Of a stretch of DNA of 64,000 nucleotides, positions 59,315 to 64,000 are shown piece by piece. Where the stretch lies: assembly GCA_043745805.1 (NCBI GenBank), contig JAYTSD010000017.1, forward strand, positions 96,001 to 160,000. Reading direction: 5' to 3'. The DNA is from Fibrobacteria bacterium. Lineage in GTDB: Bacteria > Fibrobacterota > Fibrobacteria > UBA11236. The translations under genes and the position numbers were made by a program. The notes under the pieces are model-generated. The model was not told the origin of the DNA. It was given only the letters and a program-made list of their open reading frames with translations, and did no database searches. Numbering within the stretch: the first letter of the stretch is position 1; the number at the start of each line of letters is the position of its first letter.

Positions 59315-59932
59315 CTACTTTGGAGCCACTTCAAACCGAATCTCCGGTTTTTCGCCGTACAGCAAAATGTCGATTTGCTCCCAAACTTCTTCGCGCCCAA
59401 TTTTTTCCGAGGCGCTCGTTAAGCAAGGTTTAGCGGGAAAATCATAACGGGCTTTTAAATCTTCCACAGCTTTTTTGGCTTGCGCGCTAGTGAATTTATC
59501 AGCCTTGGTCGCGACAATCAAAATAGGGAAATCAAATTTAGACAACCAATCTAAAGCAGCTCGGTCCACTGGGCTATCCTGCATACGAATATCGATAAGA
59601 TAAAGTACACCATGGATTTGTGGAGAGCGTTTAAAATAAGTTTCCACTGTGGTTTCGAGCAAATGGCGTTTTTCTTTGCTGGCCTTGGCATAACCAAAGC
59701 CAGGAATATCCACAAAATAAAAGGCTTTATTAATGGAGAAAAAATTTAATTCGCGAGTTTTACCTGGGCGTGCACTGGTCTTTACCAAATTTTTACGCTC
59801 TAACAAAAAATTCAGCAGGGTGGACTTCCCCACATTGGAACGACCTGCCACGGCAATTTGCGGCATCTTATCTTTGGGATAATCTTTTTCTTCTACAATG
59901 CCACGGATAAATTCAGCGCTTTTAATTTTCAT
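59315..59932 (-). CDS. engB: Ribosome biogenesis GTPase YihA/EngB
   Basis: GRSNVGKS, PGKTRELNFF, DIPGFG, TKADK. Confidence 0.95.
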   Translation of the reverse strand: MKIKSAEFIRGIVEEKDYPKDKMPQIAVAGRSNVGKSTLLNFLLERKNLVKTSARPGKTRELNFFSINKAFYFVDIPGFGYAKASKEKRHLLETTVETYFKRSPQIHGVLYLIDIRMQDSPVDRAALDWLSKFDFPILIVATKADKFTSAQAKKAVEDLKARYDFPAKPCLTSASEKIGREEVWEQIDILLYGEKPEIRFEVAPK

Positions 59933-60534
59933 GAGAGTTCCACACGGCCTTCAAAAGCCCTTTGTACGGTGAGTTCATCGACATATTCTAATTCGCTACC
60001 CACAGGAATGCCGCGCGCAAGTCGAGTAATGCGCACATTTTTTCCCGTTAATCTTTGCGCGATATACATAGAAGTTGCTTCGCCATCGGCATTCGTATTT
60101 AAAGCTAAAATCAATTCTACGCCTTCCTGGCAACGCTCAAAGAGGCTGGCCATATTTAATTCGGCGGGCCCAATTCCATCAAGCGGTGAAATCGATCCGC
60201 CTAAAATATGATACACACCACCAAAAACATCGGAGCGTTCAAAGGCAATCACATCAGCCGGTTTTTCGACTACGCAAATCAAATTTTGATGTCGACGAGT
60301 ACTACTACAAATGCGACATAAATCACGTTCTGTATAATTTCCACAACGGGTGCACGCATGAACATTTTGTTTGGCCGCGAGCATGGACTGAGCCAATTTT
60401 TGCACGGATTCGGATTTTTGTTGTAATAAATAATAGGCTAATCTTTGCGCCGATTTTTTACCGATGGAAGGTAATTTCGACAACTCCCCTACCAAATTTT
60501 CAATCAAAGTTTCGTCTTTGGAATATTCTGTCAT
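59929..60534 (-). CDS. recR: Recombination mediator RecR
   Basis: LPSIGKKSAQRLA, C4 Zn finger, CVVE, GEAT, YVDELT. Confidence 0.97.
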   Translation of the reverse strand: MTEYSKDETLIENLVGELSKLPSIGKKSAQRLAYYLLQQKSESVQKLAQSMLAAKQNVHACTRCGNYTERDLCRICSSTRRHQNLICVVEKPADVIAFERSDVFGGVYHILGGSISPLDGIGPAELNMASLFERCQEGVELILALNTNADGEATSMYIAQRLTGKNVRITRLARGIPVGSELEYVDELTVQRAFEGRVELS

Positions 60535-60643
60535 GGGCTAAAAATACTTTCCGCAATCATTTCCGTCCGATTTGTTTTTTTTTTCTGATTTTTTGTAATT
60601 TCTTCTCGAATTAAGAGGATTTAAATTTTTAACCATTGATATC

Positions 60644-61585
60644 GTGAAGACATTTCTTTTTATAGCATTTTTACTTTTACAAGCTTGGCCACAAGACTCT
60701 ACCTCCATTTTATCGGGCCAAAATCCCATGATTAAGGCTCCGGTTGACAGCGCTGCGATTCAGCCTGTTGCTGAAATCACTGCATTTAAAATAGATTCCA
60801 AAACGGCTTTCAGTCTCCCCTCCCCTCATGTGGGTGATTCCCTTGATTTTGTCATTTCTTTGGAATGGAAAGACATGCAAATTCCCATTATGGTGTTGGC
60901 TCCCGAAAGCTTAAGTTTTTCGGGTTTTAAAATTTTAGGCCAAAATACTCAGCATCAAAAATTAGTACGCGGCGAAAATGTGATTAATCATACCGAGTTT
61001 ATTTATCAGGTCAAGGCTATCACTCAAGGTGCAGGAAAAGCCTCCTCGATTAAATTGCGCTATATGTCTCCCCTATCTAAAAACGAAGAAGCCATTTTTG
61101 TACAACCTACTTTTATTGATATTGGCAAACAAAAAATTCCCTTTACGCATTCGTGGATTTTTAAAATCATCGTGGGCTTGGTTCTAGGAGTATTAGTTTA
61201 CTTTGGCATTCGCATGGGTTTGCAAAAATTAAAAGAAAGAAAAAAAGCCAAAACACCGTCGCAAAAAGATTTTTTACCTGCCCTACAGGCGATTAAAGCA
61301 CGCTTGTTGGTGGTAGATAGCAAAAGTGTGATCGAACAAATGGAAAAAATTTGCATTGATTTTTTAAGTGAAAAATTATCTTTGACACAAACGGGGATAT
61401 TAAAGTTTGAACCTTTATTGTTAAACTATTTGCCGACTTGTGAAGATGCGATGCAAAGCGAGTGGAAAGAATTACAAGGTTTGTTTCATCATGCCCGCTT
61501 TGCGGGTGGACAAAAAGCCAGTCATGAAATGCAAGATTATTATCGTCGATTAAAAAAATGCCTGAACCTAGGGGACAATGAATGA
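60644..61585 (+). CDS. BatD-like domain membrane protein
   Basis: Signal peptide, beta-sandwich (VGDS...), TM, C-terminal helical region with ARFAG; ATGA overlap with moxR. Confidence 0.55.
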   Translation: MKTFLFIAFLLLQAWPQDSTSILSGQNPMIKAPVDSAAIQPVAEITAFKIDSKTAFSLPSPHVGDSLDFVISLEWKDMQIPIMVLAPESLSFSGFKILGQNTQHQKLVRGENVINHTEFIYQVKAITQGAGKASSIKLRYMSPLSKNEEAIFVQPTFIDIGKQKIPFTHSWIFKIIVGLVLGVLVYFGIRMGLQKLKERKKAKTPSQKDFLPALQAIKARLLVVDSKSVIEQMEKICIDFLSEKLSLTQTGILKFEPLLLNYLPTCEDAMQSEWKELQGLFHHARFAGGQKASHEMQDYYRRLKKCLNLGDNE

Positions 61586-62574
61586 GCAATGTAGACATAC
61601 AAGCCATCACCGAAAAAGTAAAAGTTGAAAGCGCCATTATCCAAAGAGTTTTAGAAGAACTCGGGCAAACGGTGATTGGCCAAAAAAATATGTTAGAGAA
61701 GCTGATGATCGGTTTATTAGCCGACGGGCATGTGCTACTCGAAGGTGTGCCAGGCTTGGCTAAAACCACGGCGGTTAAAGCGCTTGCGGCAACGATTCAA
61801 TGTCATTTTAATCGCATTCAATTCACTCCCGATTTATTGCCAGCCGATTTAGTGGGTACTTTAATTTTCAATCCTAAAAGCGGTGAATTTAATGTGAAGC
61901 GCGGCCCGATTTTTTCCAACATTGTATTGGCCGATGAAATCAATCGCGCGCCTTCCAAAGTGCAATCGGCTTTGCTCGAAGCCATGCAAGAAAAGCAAGT
62001 AACTATTGGCGATACCACCTATCCCCTACCTAAACTCTTTTTGGTTTTGGCCACGCAAAATCCCGTGGAACAAGAAGGAACATATCCTTTACCCGAAGCG
62101 CAAGTGGATCGCTTTATGCTCAAAGTAACTCTAGGTTACCCTACCAAGGCCGAAGAAAAAGCCATTGTGAATGCGGTTTCGGGTAGTGGTTTGCATATGC
62201 CAAAGGTGATTACCACCGAAGAAGAAATTTTAAAAGCGCGTCATGTGGTACAAGAGATTTATATCGATGATAAAATTACCGATTATATTATTAATCTCGT
62301 TGCCGCCACACGCGATCCGATGGGACATGGAATTAAAGATTTAGCGAATCTTATTGAATATGGAGCTTCGCCAAGAACAGGCATTAGCTTGGCCAAGGCG
62401 GCAAAGGCGCATGCTTTAATTCGAGGTCGTGGCTATGTTACTCCTGAAGATGTGAAAGCCATTGGTATGGAAGTGATGAAGCATCGCGTCATTTTAACTT
62501 ATGAAGCTGAAGCCGAAGAAATCAAATCGGAAAACATTATCCAACGTGTTTTTGATAGCATAGAAGTTCCTTAA
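61582..62574 (+). CDS. moxR: MoxR-family AAA+ ATPase
   Basis: EGVPGLAKT, RIQFTPDLLPAD, DEINRA, TQNPVEQEGTYPLPEAQVDRF. Confidence 0.95.
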   Translation: MSNVDIQAITEKVKVESAIIQRVLEELGQTVIGQKNMLEKLMIGLLADGHVLLEGVPGLAKTTAVKALAATIQCHFNRIQFTPDLLPADLVGTLIFNPKSGEFNVKRGPIFSNIVLADEINRAPSKVQSALLEAMQEKQVTIGDTTYPLPKLFLVLATQNPVEQEGTYPLPEAQVDRFMLKVTLGYPTKAEEKAIVNAVSGSGLHMPKVITTEEEILKARHVVQEIYIDDKITDYIINLVAATRDPMGHGIKDLANLIEYGASPRTGISLAKAAKAHALIRGRGYVTPEDVKAIGMEVMKHRVILTYEAEAEEIKSENIIQRVFDSIEVP

Positions 62575-62641
62575 TTTAAATACAAAAGAGTTAAGCTGAG
62601 TACGGAATAATCGTTAAAGAAGAGTTAGCATTATTTAAATC

Positions 62642-63529
62642 ATGATCTCAAAAGAAGTTTTAAAAAAAGTTCGCCAAATAGAAATACGCACCAGCAGTAT
62701 CGTGAATTCGGTATTGTCCGGAGCTTATTCATCTTCCTTTAAAGGACGTGGAATGGAATTCGCGGAAGTGCGCGAATATATTCCAGGAGATGAAATTCGT
62801 TCCATTGATTGGAATGTTACGGCTAGAACTGGTGTACCCTATGTTAAAAAATTTATTGAAGAACGTGAGCTTACGGTTATTTTGGTGGTGGACGCTAGTT
62901 CTTCTGGTGAATTTGGAAGTCAAAGTGAAATGAAAGGTGAAGTGATGGCGACAATTACCGCCTTACTTGCTTTTTCGGCTATTAAAAATAATGATCGCGT
63001 AGGATTACTCATTTTTACTTCGCAAGTGGAAAAATTTATTCCTCCCCAAAAGGGTAAGAAGCACGTGTTACGTGTCATACGTGAGTTACTTTATTTTAAA
63101 CCCAAAGAAAAAGGCACCAATCTTTCGTTGGCTTTGGAATATCTCAACAAAATTTTAAAGCGTAAAGCCGTGGTGTTTTTAGTCTCGGATTTTGCCACGG
63201 GAGATTTCGAAAAACCCATTAAAATGTTGCAACGCAAGCATGATAGCGTAGCTATAACGGTTCTCGATCCACGTGAAAAAGAATTACCCAATGTGGGCTT
63301 TATTGAATTTGAAGATGCGGAAACCGGAGAAATTATTTTAGTGGATACTGGGGATGCCGATTTTCGCCAAACTTTTAAAAAAGAAGCCATTAAAGAAAGT
63401 ACTGTTTTAAAGCGTTTGTTTCGCAAATTAAAAATGGACTATGTGGAAATTATTATTCAAAACAATTATGACAATACGATACAGCCTCTTTTGGAATATT
63501 TCCGAAAAAGAGCCGCTAAACTTTCTTAA
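62642..63529 (+). CDS. DUF58 (vWA-like) protein of a MoxR/Bat operon
   Basis: FKGRGMEFAEVREY.PGD..IDWNVTAR, EERELT, SDF, DAETG. Confidence 0.93.
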   Translation: MISKEVLKKVRQIEIRTSSIVNSVLSGAYSSSFKGRGMEFAEVREYIPGDEIRSIDWNVTARTGVPYVKKFIEERELTVILVVDASSSGEFGSQSEMKGEVMATITALLAFSAIKNNDRVGLLIFTSQVEKFIPPQKGKKHVLRVIRELLYFKPKEKGTNLSLALEYLNKILKRKAVVFLVSDFATGDFEKPIKMLQRKHDSVAITVLDPREKELPNVGFIEFEDAETGEIILVDTGDADFRQTFKKEAIKESTVLKRLFRKLKMDYVEIIIQNNYDNTIQPLLEYFRKRAAKLS

Positions 63530-63550
63530 ATTCGTCGGAAAAAAATCTTC

Positions 63551-64000
63551 ATGAAATTTCGTTCACTAGGATTACTTGCTTTAATTTGGCTTGCATTAAG
63601 CGGGCAAATGTCCTTTGCAGCTGATGTGAGCATTGTTTCGAATGTGGATCATGCCGAGATCACTATTGGCGATCGCATTACCTATAAAATTGAAATTCAA
63701 TTTCCATTAGAGGGGCATATTGAATTGCCTTCCGTATTAGGAAATTTAGGAAGCTTTGAAGTTAAAGATTATAAAAACGCTGAACCACGCAAAGAAGGTG
63801 ATCATCGAGTACAGGTTTGGACTTTTAATCTCTCTACTTTTACCGTAGGTAAATATGCTATACCGCCACAAGAAGTAAAATACTTTGCGGGACAGGACAC
63901 TTCGTCAAAAATTTATTTCACTCAGCCCATTGAAATCAATGTAAAACGTACTTCGCCGGAAACCGTAAAAGATATTGCTGACATTCAAGATTTAATATCA
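63551..64000 (+). CDS. BatD-like exported protein (partial, runs off window end)
   Basis: Manual translation MKFRSLGLLALIWLALSGQMSFAADVSIVSNVDHAEITIGDRITY...TFTVGKYAIPP...DIADI; follows DUF58. Confidence 0.7.
   Translation, partial: MKFRSLGLLALIWLALSGQMSFAADVSIVSNVDHAEITIGDRITYKIEIQFPLEGHIELPSVLGNLGSFEVKDYKNAEPRKEGDHRVQVWTFNLSTFTVGKYAIPPQEVKYFAGQDTSSKIYFTQPIEINVKRTSPETVKDIADIQDLIS

Noticed and set aside
60075-60614. 179-aa plus-strand ORF and the many similar 60-160 aa ORFs overlapping known genes
   Set aside because: Antisense or out-of-frame shadows of well-supported genes such as recR; no motifs

Overview
AT-rich bacterial chromosomal segment. The gene content (type IV pilus genes, flgM, GldA/F/G-like ABC system, MoxR/DUF58/Bat genes, T9SS/FlgD-like C-terminal domain) suggests a Gram-negative FCB-group organism, possibly Fibrobacterota; this is inference only. 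Most of the window is housekeeping: pepP, leuCD, pilBTC-pilS, comM, gpmI, recO, gluQ, trmB, gatB, rho, ugd, ligA, cysM, pdhABC-lpdA, msrAB, engB, recR, moxR. The standout is an ~11 kb five-gene operon (22.2-32.6 kb). It encodes an ECF sigma factor, a zinc-binding membrane anti-sigma factor, an exported caspase-family protease fused to a probable outer-membrane beta-barrel, a beta-propeller lipoprotein, and a 1841-aa secreted protein with 14 FG-GAP repeats plus a second intact His-Cys clan-CD protease domain. This is a candidate trans-envelope two-protease signalling cascade. Other notable signals are a near-canonical XerCD dif site (58051-58078) beside an unusual toxin/Zn-ribbon-RHH antitoxin pair, and a 10-bp-periodic TTCAC array plus sigma-54 promoter before spoVG-comM. 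There is also a pilS-STAS-flgM junction with a sigma-28 promoter and no pilR, and two structured intergenic RNA candidates (after gluQ and before rho). No tRNA, rRNA, CRISPR array or transposase was recognised. All assignments come from reading motifs; no searches were run.
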